This document shows positions 1 to 35,914 of a stretch of DNA of 64,000 nucleotides, one piece after another (the stretch's first letter is position 1; each line of letters starts with the position of its first letter). Below the pieces are notes generated by a model, which was given only the letters and a program-made list of their open reading frames with translations, did no database searches and was not told where the DNA came from. The position numbers and the translations under genes are program-made. The DNA comes from the human T2T-CHM13v2.0 reference genome, Homo sapiens. The DNA lies in the NCBI RefSeq assembly GCF_009914755.1, contig NC_060943.1; one strand, written 5' to 3'.

Positions 1-3530
<3,530 letters not shown>

Positions 3531-3973
3531 GAAGGGTCACTTGACCCAGGGAGTTGAAGGCTGCAGTGAGCCCTGTTTTTGCCACCACACTCCAGCCTGG
3601 GTGAGTGAGCTACACCCTATCTCAAACAAACAAGCCAATAAATGAGAGGTATAATTCCTCCTTTGAAATTAAAGAAGGAGGTTTTCTTTCCTTTCATCTC
3701 TTTTCTTAGGACATTTATTAGAAAATTTGCAAGTGCATTTTCTGTTTTCTGAGGTAGTATGTTTTCTTTCTTTTCTTTTGTTTAATTTTCTTTTATTTCC
3801 TTTTCTGTTGTTTTCTTTTCTTTCCTTTCCAACGGAGACACAGTTTCGCTCTTGTTGCCCAGGCTGGAGTTAAATGGTGCGATCTCGGCTCACTGCAATT
3901 TCCATCTCCCAGGTACATGAGATTCTACTGCTTCAACTTCCAGAGTAGCTGGGACTACAGGCACCCGCTATAA

Positions 3974-5531
<1,558 letters not shown>

Positions 5532-5735
5532 TCACAAATGTGCTGGGACAACTAACTGGATATTTACATGGAAAAGAATAATATTGGATCTCTATGTCAC
5601 ACCATGAAAAATTTTATTTAAAAACGGGTTAAAAAAAAAAAGGCTGGGCGGGGTGGATCACATCTGTAATCCTAGCAGTTTGGGAGGCTGAGGTGGGCGG
5701 ATCACAAGGTCAGGAGATCAAGACCATCCTGGCTA

Positions 5736-7300
<1,565 letters not shown>

Positions 7301-7617
7301 GAGAACAGAGGGAGAAACACAGCAGGGAGGACACCGGGGGATCTGGGGTGCTAGAGAGTGGGGACAGGGGGGCGTAACAGGGAAGAGAGAATTTAACAGG
7401 GAGAGCAGAGGAGACGCAAAGATAAGAGGCGGTAATATGTAGAGATTGAGGACGATCAAAAGATTGGGGAGAAGGAGCAACAAGAGGTTAAATAAGGACC
7501 GGGCGCTTTGGCTCATGCCTGTAATCCCAGCAGTTTGGGAAGCTTAGGCGGGCGGATCACCTGAGATCCGGAGTTCGAGACCAGCCTGACCAACATGGAG
7601 AAACCCCATCCCTGCTA

Positions 7618-7923
<306 letters not shown>

Positions 7924-10900
7924 CTAGAGAGAGAAGGGGAGAATGAGAGATATGTACAGAATTAGAGAGGGAAGCACAGTAATGAAGAAAGAGGGGCCAG
8001 GTGCAGTGGCTCATGCCTGTAATCCCAGCACTTTAGGAGACTGAGGCAGAGGGATTGCTTGAGTCCAGGAGTTCAAGACCAGCCTAGGCAAAATAGACAC
8101 CCCATCTCTTTCAAAAAGAAAGAAAAAATTAACGGGGCATGATAGTGTGCAGCTGTAATTTCAGCTACTCTGTAGGCGGAGGCTGGAGGATCACTTGAGC
8201 CCAGGAGCTCCAGGCTGCTGTGAGCAGAGATCATGCCACTGTACTCCAGCCTGGTCAAAAGAGCAAGACCCTGTCTCAAAAAAAAAAAAAAAAGGGTGGG
8301 GGACTTTGGGTACAGATGAGTGTGTGAGTTCATTGGATATGATTAGTTGTGACATGTTGACTTCTGTCTATAAAATCTAATAACTTGTTTAAATTATACA
8401 GATGAGTTTGAGAATTTTAAATGTCCTATCTGTGAGCCATGTATGTTCTATAAATATTGGTATCAGAGGTTAGCTTCCACTTGGAATCCCTATTCAGACC
8501 GAGGGCAGTGACATTCAATTGTGGGTCACTCTTCCCTTTTCCCATGGTGGGGTAGGAAGTGGTGGGAAAAAAAAATCGCTGTTATTACATAATACTTTTA
8601 ATTAATTAATTAATATTTTGAGATAGGGTCTGGCTCTGTCGCTCAGCTGGAGTACAATGGCGTTATCTACTCTAACTGCAGCCTCGACCTCTTAGGCTCA
8701 AGCGATCCTCCCTCAGTCTCCTGAGTAGCTGAGACCACTGGTGTGAGACACCAAGCCCAGCTAGTAGTTTTTTTTTTCTTTGTTTGTTTTTTTGTAGAAA
8801 CAGGGTTTCAGTATGTTTCCCGGGGTGGTCTCAAAATCCTGGGCTCAAAGGTTCCCCCGTCTTGGCCTTGCAAAGTACTGGGATTACAGGGATGAGCCAC
8901 CGCGCCCGGCCTACATACTAATTATTATTATTATTATTATTAGTTTTTTGAGGTGGAGTTTCACTCCTGTTGCCCAGGCTGGAGTGCAATGGCACAATCT
9001 TGGCTAATGACTCTCTGTGCCTTTAGAGTTGAAGCGATTCTCCTGCGATACTACCCCCTGAGTATCTGGGATTACAGGCATGCGCCACCATGCCCTGCTA
9101 ATTTTGGATTAGGAGGCCGAGGCAGGAGAATCACTTGAACCCAGGAGGCAGAGGTTGTGGTGAGCTGAGATCGCACCATTGTACTTCAGCGTGGGCAATA
9201 AGAGCGAAACTCTGTCTCAAAAAAACCAAAAAAGAATGGAGCAAAACAGGAGAGGGGCATAAAATGAGCAGAAGCCCAGGGGGAAATGCAGAAAAGAAAC
9301 AGATGGAGAGAGAAAGTGAGAAAGGGCTATGCATAGAATGATGGAGGGAAGCAGTAATGAAGACGAAGAGGGACCCTGGGTGCAGATGAGTGGTGAGTTG
9401 ATTGGATGTGATGATGAAGTGATGACATGTTGTTTTCTCTGTTTATAAGGTAACAAATTTAAAATTAGTTTAAATTATACAGATGAGAATGAGAGTTGCC
9501 AAACTCCTGTGTCTAAGTGTGGTTCATTTTATAATGATGGCGTCAGAGGCAGCTTCCCTCTGCAACCCCTCTTCAGCCAGAGGACAGTGACTTGACTCAT
9601 TCGTTGTGGATCACCCTCTTCCCTTTTCATGGCTGGGGTCGGGAGTGGGGGAGAGAAGTAGGGTAAGAAGTGACTGACTCTGTTACTATATGGAACGTGA
9701 TGAAAGGAGTATTAAAAGTGCTTTTGTTCTCTTTTTGTAATTGGTTTCCTTTTTTCTAGTTCCTCTTCATTTCATTTTTTTTTTTTTTTTTTTTAATTTT
9801 TGAGATGGAGTCTCTCTGTGTCACGCAGGCTGGAGTGGAGTGGAGCAGTCTTGACTCACTGCAACCTCTGCCTCCTGGGTTCAAGGAATTCTCTGCCTCA
9901 GCCTCCCAAGCAGCTGGGATTATAGGCACCTGCAGCCACACCTGTCTGATTTTTGTATTTTTAGTAGAGACAGTTTTCACCATCTAGGCGGGACTTGTCT
10001 TGCACTCATGACCTTGTGATCCACCGCCTTGGCCTCCCAAAGTGCTATGATTACAGGCGTGAGCCACCACACTTGGCCTCAGTAATTGTTTTTTATTTTT
10101 TAATTTTAGTTTTAATTTACTTATTTTTGTTGTGGTGGTTTTTTTTTTTTTTTTTTTTTTTTTGACGGAGTTTTGGTCTTGTTGCCCAGGGTGAAGTGCA
10201 ATGGTGCGATCTTGCTCACTGCAACCTTTGCCTCTGGGGTTCAAGTGATTCTCCTGCCTCAGCCTCCTGAGTAGTTATGATTACAGGCACACACCACCAT
10301 GGCCGGCTAATTTTGTATTTTCAGTGGAGATGGGGTTTCTCCATCTTGGTCAGGCTGGTCTTGAACTCCTGACCTCAGGTGATCCTCCCACCTCAGCCTC
10401 CCAAGGTGCTGGGATTACAGGTATGAGCCGCTGCGCCCGGCCTTTGTTATTGTTTTGAGACACTTTTACTGTTTCCCAGGCTGGAGTGCAGTGGCAGGAT
10501 CACAGCACTGTGCAGCGGCAACCTCCTGGGCTCAAGTGATTTTCCCACCTCAGCCTCCGGAGTAGCTGGGGCCACAGACACACCCCACCAGGTCCGGCTA
10601 ATGTTTAGATATATGTATTTATTTATTGAGACTCTCTGTCACCCACTCTGGAGTCTAGTGGCACGACCTCGTCTCACTGCAAACTCCGCCTCCTGGGGTC
10701 AAGCGATTTTCCTGCCTCAGCCTCCTGAGTAGCTGGAGTTACAGGTGTGCACCACTATGCCCTGCTAATGTTTGTATTTTTAGTAGAGACATAGTTTCTC
10801 CATATTGGCCAGGCTGGTCTCGAACCCCTAACATTGTGGTCTTCCTGCCCCGGCCTCCCAAAGTGCTGGGATTATAGGCGTGAGTCACTATGCCTGTCCT

Positions 10901-11365
10901 CATTGTTTTCAAAGTATGATATATTTTCAAATATTTCTCCTTTGGCCCAAGATTTCATTAGATCTGTATTTTTTAACCATTTTAAAATTGTTTCTCTATG
11001 AAATTTTTTTGAGTTTACATTGAGGTCTGTGTGCTTTCTAGTCTTTATCATATATCGAAAACATTTTCTACTATGTGATATATGTTGTTAGGTTGTTTCA
11101 GTGTGTACTTGATAATGATATCAAGGACCTTTTTTCTTTACCCTAACATGAAAATTCAGTTGAAGTAGCCTATTCCATTTTTTTTTCTTATGTCATCTGA
11201 AAAAATGGTAATCTGTGAGCTTCTAAGTAAGTGTCCCCTCAATTCCCTCTGGTCCATAATATTCTCTACAGATGTTGAAGGATGGGCTGGATTGACTTGG
11301 AACCTTGGTTTAGCAGAGCCCATGTGTTCTTGAGAAAAGCATTTGCTCAGATCTCATTTCTACAG

Positions 11366-11754
<389 letters not shown>

Positions 11755-13153
11755 TGATCTTGAACTCCTGACTTTGTGATCTGCCCGCCTCAGCCTCCCA
11801 AACTGCTAGGATTACAGATGTGATCCACCCCGCCTGGCCTTTTTTTTTTTTTTAAACCGTTTTTAAATAAAATTTTTCATGGTGTGACATAGAGATCCAA
11901 TATTATTCTTTTCCATGTAGATATCTAGTTAGGTATTACAAGGGTGAGTCACCGCTCCTGACTGGTCTGGAAATTTTCTAGAGGAGGAAGACCAAGGCAG
12001 CCTATTGGCCCTTTCAGGCAATCACATGGGAATCAGCCACACGTCCTTCCTCCTCACCTCAGAGCATCTCAGAATAACTTGGTGAAATGTCTCCCACTGT
12101 GAGCCTCAGTGAGCCCACCTGTAACATAGAGGTGAGGAATAAGACCGGAAAAGCTCAGTCAGAGTGACACTGACCCCTGAAATGACTGACAAAATACAGT
12201 GTGTGACTTTTCTTCTGGGAGAGGTAGTGCTCAGTTTTAACTCGAATTTTAAAGGGATTCCAGTTCTCCAAATATTAAAAAAAAAAAAGCACAAGATGAT
12301 TAAAATCAGGGGATTAGACTCAAATCACCTTGAACCTTATCATCTCACAGCTTTAACCCACTTACACGACTCCATGTCCCCTGCAGGCGTCGCCCCTGAG
12401 CTCTACAATCCTGTGTCCAGTTGTCTCAGCTGTCTCCTGGGTCATCAAACAGGCATCCCCACCTTCAGGTGTCCACGAGTGGCTTTCTAAACCCCCAAAC
12501 ACATTTCCTTGCAGTCTGCACATCTCAGATGAGAGTGACTGTGTACTTCTGGAAACTTAGCCAAACTTGACAGCATGTATTTTATATTTGTGAAATAAAT
12601 CACTTTATTTGTAAGTGTTGTAATTTATAATATAAAGAGAAACTTAGATGTATACGTGAAAAGAGTGAGAAGATACATCACTTCCAATTTTTTTTTTTTT
12701 GAGACGAATTTTCACTCTTGTGGCCCAGGCTGGAGTGCAATGCCACGATCTCAGTTCACTGCAACTTCTGACTCCTGGGATCAAGGGATTCTCCTGCGTC
12801 AGACACCCGAGTAGCTGGGATCACAGTCGACTTTCAAAATGCTTTTGGGTTGTGGGAGAAAAATGTTTGAAAACCATGTCCCTATGGGTCTGTGCCCCCA
12901 GGACCTCTCTGACCTCATCTCCTACCTGTGCCCTCCTCTCTTCCACTGCTCCAGCCCCACGGGTCGCTTTCCTTTTCCTGGGGCTGAGGTTGCTCCTGTC
13001 TCAGGGCCCTCACTTGAGCTGTCCCTCTCTCTAGGATGCTCTTCCCCTCAGCTGCAAGTGACAAGCAGCCTTTCTTTCCTAGGTCCTTGTTCTGATATCA
13101 TCTTCTCTGGGTTTCCTTTGTGATCTCCCACAGCCCCCATTTGACACTGCAGC

Positions 13154-13404
13154 TGTGAAACCAGAAAATCTTACAGAGATCTCAGTTATTTAGAGAGTTT
13201 AGTTTGCCCAAGGTGGTCGGGGCAGAGCTTAATTTTATACATTTTATGGAGACATGAGACATCAATCAATATATGTAAGAAGTACATTGGTTTGGTCTGG
13301 GAAGGCGGGACAACTTTAAACAAAGGCAGGAAGACTTGAAGCAGGGAGGCGGCTTTTAGGTCACAGAGAAATGAGGCACAAGTAGTTACAATCTTTTGAG
13401 TTTC
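13154..13404 (-). mobile_element. MER4A-type LTR, 3' half only
   Basis: Reverse complement reads ...ccaatgtacttcttacatatattgattgatgtctcatgtctcc...gattttctggtttcaca (MER4 LTR end). Absent from the paralogous site near 58010. Confidence 0.7.
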
Positions 13405-13423
13405 CTTTTTTTTTTTGAGATGA

Positions 13424-13567
<144 letters not shown>

Positions 13568-13874
13568 TGATCAGGGATGAGTCTGTGCCATAAAGGGGGC
13601 ATCAGTGCAGCCCAGGTCCCCCCTGCTGCCTCGTGTGTGGCGGCTTCTCCATGAAGGGAGTGAGATCTGAAGACCGGGGTCAAACATACACTTGTAGGTC
13701 TTCCTGTGGGACTTTCTTACCTCTGCATGATCTCTGGTGCAGTGGGCAGTGGGGGACTTCTTTCTACAGGGTGACATCTCCCGGTTCATGTGGTTTTGTC
13801 ACAGGAAGGGAGTGAGTCATTTCTAACATGAAGTCTTATTTTTTTTCACATACAGGATTGATTTCTAAAGACTC

Positions 13875-26621
<12,747 letters not shown>

Positions 26622-26935
26622 GATAACTGTTCCCAATGCAGTGAGTATAGCAAACCATCAAGCATTAATTGACATTGGAGTCAATTCAGCATTGACTTGA
26701 GTTTGTGTTGACTTAACATTGAGTTCAAGCCTTAATTGACATTCAAGTGTTTATGTTAAGAGGATGGGGCCAGGTGTGGTGGCTCAGGCCTGTAATCCCA
26801 GCACGTTGGAAGACCAAGGCACATAGGTCACTTGAGGTCAGAAGTTTGAAACCACCATGGCCAACAGATGTCGGCCACTTTCGCCATCCTGTTTTTTGTT
26901 TCTTATTTTCTTATTTATTTATTTATTTATTTTGA

Positions 26936-27121
<186 letters not shown>

Positions 27122-27790
27122 TAGGCTGGTCTTGAACTCCCAACCTCAGGTGATCTGCCCACCTTGGCATCCCAAAGTCCTGGGATTACAGGCATGAGCC
27201 ACCGTACCCGGTCTTGTTTCTTATTTTCTATTTTTTATTTTTTTGAGAGGCAGGAGAATGGCGGGTGAACCCAGGAGGTGGAGCTTGCAGTAAGCCCAGA
27301 TAGCACCATTGCAACTCCAGCCTGGGAGACAGAGTGAGACTCCGTCTATTAAAAAAAAAAATTATAAATAAAAAAATGTATTTTAACCAGTTAGTCTGGT
27401 TTTCAGTTTCCTTTCCTTATGTCATTTGTTAAAATCTTCAGCTGGGAGCTATTTATTGCGTGTTTCTCTCAAGGCCCTCTGGACCATTCTGGAAAAATGT
27501 TGAAACATGGGCTGGAGTGGCATAGAATGCTCCTCCAAAAGCACCCATGTATTCTTTTGCTTTGTTTGTTTGTTTTTTTTTAAATGGAGTCTCGCTCTGT
27601 CGCCTTGGATGGAGTGCAGTGGTGCGATCTCAGCTCTGCAACCTCTGCCTCCCGGCATCAAGTGATTCTCCTGCCTCAGTCTCCTGAGTAGCTGAAATTA
27701 CAGGCACCTACCAGCACACCTGGCTAATTTTTATATTTTTAGTAGAGACAGGGTTTCACCATGTTTGTCAGGCTGGTCTCAAACTCCTGA

Positions 27791-28124
<334 letters not shown>

Positions 28125-28608
28125 TAGGATTACAGGCGTGAGCCATCGTGCCTGAAGACTCATGTATTCTTGATTGAAATAATTTGCTTATGTCTCAGTT
28201 CTACAGTTGACCTTCTTTCACTGTTTTCAAGGTCAATAGCTGTGTGTTCACACTTCTGCATTTTATAAATGTTACTGTGATTTTCTTGTAAGGAAGAATT
28301 AACTGTCGGGAATCAATGTCATCAGAATCTTGCAAAAGAAGTTTCTTTAGCATAGGTATGCGTAAGATGCTTCTCTGATTTTCAAGGATGTGGGTGATAA
28401 GACCAACCCCTCCCATTAGCCCTTCCAGGCCCCCATGTAAGACTTCACACACACCTTCTCACTCATCTCAGACCTTGTCAGTGTAACTTGGTGAAAATGT
28501 GAGCCTCCCTGCAACTTGGCGATGAGGGGCTTCACCAGAAAAGCTCAGCCCGAGTGACTCTGACCCCTGAAATGACTGGCAAAATGGAGTGCGCGTCTAG
28601 GTGTGGCT

Positions 28609-28639
<31 letters not shown>

Positions 28640-28642
28640 TAG

Positions 28643-29196
<554 letters not shown>

Positions 29197-29286
29197 TGAT
29201 CCGCCCGCCTCGGCCTCCCAAAGTGCTGGGATTACAGGCATGAGCCACCATGCCTGGCAGCATCTGAACTTTTAATGACTTGGAAT

Positions 29287-30251
29287 TGTGGGGAAAAGAG
29301 AGAGATCAGACTGTTACTGTGTCTATGTAGAAAGAAGTAGACATAAGAGACTACATTTTGTTCTGTACTAAGAAAAATTCTTCTGCCTTGAGATGCTGTG
29401 AATCTGTAACCCTAGCCCCAACCCTGTGCTGGCAGAAACATGTGCTGTGTCAACTCAAGGTTAAATGGATTAAGGGCTGTTCAGGATGTGCTTTGTTAAA
29501 CAAATGCTAGAAGACAGCGTGCTTGTTAAAAGTCATCACCACTCCTTACTCTCAAGTACCCAGGGACACAGAACACTGCGAAAGGCCGCAGGAACCTCTG
29601 CCTAGGAAAGCCAGGTATTGTCCAAAGTTTCTCCCATGTGATAGCCTGAGATATGGCCTCATGGGAAGGGAAAGACCTGACCATCCCCCAGCCCAACACC
29701 CGTAAAGGGTCTGTGCTGAGGAGGATTAGTAAAAGAGGAAGGCCTCTTTGCAGTTGAGGTAAGAGGAAGGCATCTGTCTCCTGCTGGTCCCTGGACAATG
29801 GAATGTCTCGGTGTAAAGCCCAATTGTATATTCCATCTACTGAGATAGGAGAAAACTGCCTTAGAGCTGGAGGTGAGACATGCTGGAGGCAGTACTGCTC
29901 TTTAAGGCATTGAGATGTTTATGTATATGCACATCAAAAGCACAGCACTTTTTCCTTTACCTTGTTTATGACAGAGACATTTGTTCAGGTTTTCCTGCTG
30001 ACCCTCTCTCCACTATTACCTTATTGTCCTGCCACATCCCCCTCTCCGAGATGGTAGAGATAATGATCAATAAATACTGAGGGAACTCAGAGGCCGGTGC
30101 AGGCGCGGGTCCTCTGTATGCTGAGTGCTGGTCCTGTAGGCCTACTTTTCTTTCTCTGTACTTTGTCTCTATGTCTCTTTCTTTTCTCAAATCTCTCCGT
30201 TCCACCTGACGAGAAATGCCCACAGGTGTGGAGGGGCAGGCCACCCCTTCA
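29287..30251 (+). mobile_element. HERV-K(HML-2) solo LTR (LTR5B/LTR5A-like), full length
   Basis: Starts TGTGGGGAAAAGAGAGAGATCAGACTGTTACTGTG, ends GAGGGGCAGGCCACCCCTTCA. GGAAT target-site duplication (29282-29286 / 30252-30256). Empty paralogous site near 15695. Confidence 0.93.
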
Positions 30252-30762
30252 GGAATGGAATGGAAAGTGAAGATACACGTCAGTGGTACAGGGTGCTTTA
30301 TCACATCATTGATTTTATTATTTTTTTCTTTTTTTGAGTTGAGTCTCCCTCTATCACCCAGGATGGAGTGCAGTGGTGAGATTTTGGCTCACTGTAGCTT
30401 CCACCTTCCAGATTACAGTGATTCTGTTGCCTGAGCCTCTCGAGTAGCTGGGATTAGAGATGCACGCCACCACGCTTGTAACGGCATGATGTGATGTGTG
30501 TGCATGAATACATGGATGGATAAGCCCATGGTTTATGTAGAAAACACTTGATTTGCAATAAGGTATATTTTTTATAGTTGTTATGATTGTAAGTATTTTT
30601 CATTTTTGTTAACTATCACAATGATGAGTTATTAGTAAGGATTGGCCGGGTGAGGTGGCTCACGCCTGTAATCCCAGCACTTTGGGAGGCCCAGGTGGGT
30701 GAATCACAAGGTCAGGAGTTTGAGATCAGCCTGGGCAAAATGGTGAAATGCCATCTCAACTA

Positions 30763-31017
<255 letters not shown>

Positions 31018-31746
31018 TCATACTCAGCCAAGGGATCCTTCTTCACATCCATGGTCTCTACATTGCTGTACTCCTCGTAGACTTTACTCATTTTTTTTGT
31101 GTGTATGAAATTCTGGAATCTACACAAGGCATATTTTTGAGTATATGCTTGAAACTAGAAATCAGAGGCCATTTTACCTAAGAGATGTAAAACTGCTTTC
31201 ACCTCAGGCCACCATACTGCTGATTTTTTGGATCTTGTTCATTCTTGTCCCTTGCCCATATTGTAATTTGCATAGTTAACCTTGGGTCAGTATTTTACCA
31301 TTTGCTAAATTAGTTCCATTTTCCTCCAAGCTCAAAACTTGGTCTATCCCAGTGGAATTATATTCCCACAGATGTGCATGCACAAAGTTCACTCCTACGT
31401 GCCCATTCCTGCCCTCCACCCTTGCCCTCCTTTTCCTGGCCTTGCTTCACATGGTACATTGATTTGGATGCAAAATACTGTTGCTTTCCAGCCTATTGAT
31501 TTTGTAATAGTGAACACCCCAATTTCCCCATGAGCCCCTCCCCTCCAACACTACTCTCACTGAGTAAGTCAAGACCTTATTCATCCACTGGACAAAATTA
31601 TAGGAGGCCGCTTAAATCAGTGTGTGCAGGGCATCATGACTCAGCACATGATCCATGAGGGATGGCTTCAGAACCACTGTCAGCAGCGCAGCTCAGCGCT
31701 TGTGTCCCAGCTCAGCCCTTGTATCCCCCTTGATGTACTTCTATCT

Positions 31747-31748
<2 letters not shown>

Positions 31749-31825
<77 letters not shown>

Positions 31826-31930
31826 TTTTTTTATTATACTTTAAGTTCTAGGGTACATGTGCACAACGTGCAGGTTTGTTACACATGTATACATGTTCCA
31901 TGTTGGTGTGCTGCACCCATTAATTCATCA
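31749..31930 (-). mobile_element. 5'-truncated L1PA 3' end whose tail region is a (TC)n(TA)n microsatellite
   Basis: ttattatactttaagttctagggtacatgtgcacaacgtgcagg is the L1PA 3' end in antisense. 16-bp TSD tacttctatctgttct / tacttctttctgttct (31736-31751 / 31931-31946). Confidence 0.85.
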
Positions 31931-32149
31931 TACTTCTTTCTGTTCTTGTATTTTCTGTGACTGGTCATTTTCTGTACTTTCTTGGCAGACTACTGTGCTT
32001 AAAAACATGGGATCCTTCAGGCCCATGATCAAGTTTGTCCCTCACTTAGCGTATGTGCAAATTGGGGTCATGTACATGAACACACTGGCCTGCTGTACTT
32101 ATTTGAGAAATAATGTTAATTTGCCTCCAGATTTTTTTTTTTTTTTTGA

Positions 32150-32245
<96 letters not shown>

Positions 32246-33333
32246 TGAGGCTCCCAAGTAGCTGGGATTACAGGCGTGTACCACCACACCCAGCTAATTT
32301 TGTATTTGTATTAGAGATGGTGTTTTTCCATGTTAGTCAGACTGCTCTCAAGCTCCCGACCTCAGGAGATCCACCCGCCTCGGTCTCCCAAAGTGCTGGA
32401 ATTACAGGCATGAGCCACGGTGCCTGGCTGCCTCCAGGGTTTTAAAACAAATTAATGCTATTAGATGGCTTCACATATTGCAGGTTTTATGCTACAGGCT
32501 CTAAACTTCCTTTGTGTAATAAGATATGTCAGCCTTCCCTGATGTTGATGATGGCATGCTCCTTTTCCTGTCTCCCTCATTTCACTGTCCTGTTAGAAAT
32601 AGCTTAGACTGGCTGGCCACAGTGGCTAACACCTCTAATGCCAGCACTTTGGGAGGCCAAGGTGGGTAGATCACTTGAGGTCCAGAGTTTGAGACCAGTC
32701 AGGTAATCTCAGCACTTTGGGAGGCTGAGACTGGTGGATCACCTGAGGTCAGGAGTTTGAGAGCAGCCTGGCCAACATGGTGAAACCCTTTCCCTACTAA
32801 AAGTACAAAAATTACCTGGGTGTGGTGTAACATGCCTGAAATCTCAGCTGCATGGGAGGCTGAGGCAGTAGGATCATTTGATCCCTGGAGGTGGAGGTTG
32901 CAGTGAGCCAAGATCATGCCATTGCACTCTAGCCTGGGCAACAAGAGAAAAACTCCATCTCAAAAATAAAGAAAGAAAGAAAGAAAAAATATAAATAAAA
33001 GCACCAGTCTTATTCATATGTAGTCAACACCCATGACCAAATTCTCTCAAAGGCCCCATCTGCAGGAACATCCAATTGGAGAATAAGAACTCTGAACATG
33101 GCTTTTGGCCAATATGAACACTCAGACCAGGGAGCCTGCATCATATTTTTTATGTTTTTATTGTGCAATTTGTTTTATAAAATGTTTTCTCTGATCCCAG
33201 TTTATAAATTTTCCCAGTATACAGTCTGTGTTTTATATTTCATGCATAGTGAACTACATAACTAAGGGCAATGCATGTACATAGAATTGCTGTATTGCCT
33301 GGCTGTTATATAACTGTAGTTGTGATATCATAA

Positions 33334-33537
<204 letters not shown>

Positions 33538-34126
33538 TAGTAGAGATGGGGTTTCACCATGTTGGCCAGGCTGGTCTCCAACTCCTGACCCCGTGATCTG
33601 CCCTCCTCTGCCCCCCAAAGTGCTGGGATTACAGGCCTGAACCACCGCATCCTGTCGTTAGTCAATTCTTACTCCTTATAATGCTGTGTATTTACTTGAA
33701 CTCATACATCAGAAGGTAGTGATCTTAAATGTATTTCAGTTCTTATAGTGTGTGCTGGTGGTAAGTAGAAGTTGTGGCTTTTTTCTTAAGAGGGAATTGT
33801 TTAGAGGTCTGCTGGCTGTATAAATGTACTTATTATTTCGTTGCTAGTCTTATCATGGGTTACAATATTTTATTAATTAATTTTTATGATTTTACATAAG
33901 GCTTTTCAGTAAGTGGTATGCCTGGGAAACATGGTGAGACCCCCGTTTCTGCAAAAAATACAAAAATTAGCTGGGAATGATGGCACATGCCTGCAGTATC
34001 AACTACTGTGGAGTCTGCAGTGGGAGGATGGCTTGAGCCTGGGAGGTCAAGACTATAGTGAGCTGTAATCATGCTACTGCACTCCAGCATGGTTGACAGA
34101 GCAAGATGCTGTCTAAAAAAGAATAC

Positions 34127-34368
34127 TTATTGTAAAGTTTGGGTACAGGAATAATGAAGTCATTGATAGTTTATGAACAGGCTATGGAGTTGATGCCCAA
34201 AAGAAATAAACAGTTTGTAAATGAATAACTTATTTTGAGTTGTGACAAGACAATGTTGAAAGTGATGCATGAAGCGGCAGGCAGACCATCCACATCAGTT
34301 TTACAGAAAAAAAGTTAATCTTGTTCGTGCTGCAGTGAAGAGAACAGCAAACAGGAGAAACAATAGTC
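34127..34368 (+). mobile_element. Degenerate HSMAR2 (mariner) transposase fragment
   Basis: tgcccaaaagaaataaacagtttgtaaatgaataac...gcggcaggcagaccatccacatcagtttt...aatcttgttcgtgc resembles the recalled HSMAR2 N-terminal region (SGRPSTS motif). Frameshifted. Confidence 0.7.
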
Positions 34369-34605
34369 AGGAATTCAATAATAGCCTGGTTAACATGATG
34401 AAACCCCGTCTCTACTAAAAATACAAAGATTAGCTGGGCACAGTGGTGGGCACCTGTAATCCCAGCTACTCAAGAGGCTGAGGCAGAAGAATTGCTTGAA
34501 CCCGGGAGGCGGAAGTTTCGATGAGCCGGGATCCTGCCGTTGCACTCCAGCCTGGGCAACAAGAGCAAACCTCTGTCTAAAACAAACAAACAAAAAGGTC
34601 TAGCC

Positions 34606-35016
<411 letters not shown>

Positions 35017-35481
35017 TTTTAATGACATAATAGATTACCTAAATTTCTGTTTTGCTTTGTTTTGTTTTTTGAGATGGAGACTCCACTCGGTTCAGTGGAT
35101 CGCACCTGTTGTCCTGGCACTTTGGGAGGCTGAGGTGGGAGGATTGCCTGAGACCAGGAGTTTCCTGGGAATCTTCTCATCTTCCCTAACCCAGTTCATG
35201 AAAGACCCTTGGACTTTACTGTTAGGGAAAAAATCTATATAAAACAATATCAGCAGCTGGGAGTGATGGCTCATGCCTGTAATCCCAACACTCTGAGAGG
35301 CCAAGGCAGGTGAATCACCTGAGGTTAGGAGTTCAACAACAGCCTGACCAACATGGAGAAACTGTCTGTATTAAAAATACAAAATTAGGCAGGGTGCGAT
35401 GGCTCACACCTGTAATCCCAGCACTTTGGGAGGCCGAGGCGGGCGGATCACGAGGTCGGGAGATTGAGACCATCCTGGCTA

Positions 35482-35709
<228 letters not shown>

Positions 35710-35914
35710 TTAGGCGGGCATGGTGGCACATGCCTGTGTAATCCCAGCGACTCAGGAGGCTGAGGCAGGAGAACTGCTTGAACTTGGGAGGCGGAGGTTG
35801 CTGTGAGCCAAGATCACGCCAATGCACACCAGCCTGGGCAACAAGAGCAAAACTCCATCTGAAAAAATAAAAAACAATATCAGTGTGTCAAAGCATTATG
35901 TCTGTCACAATACT

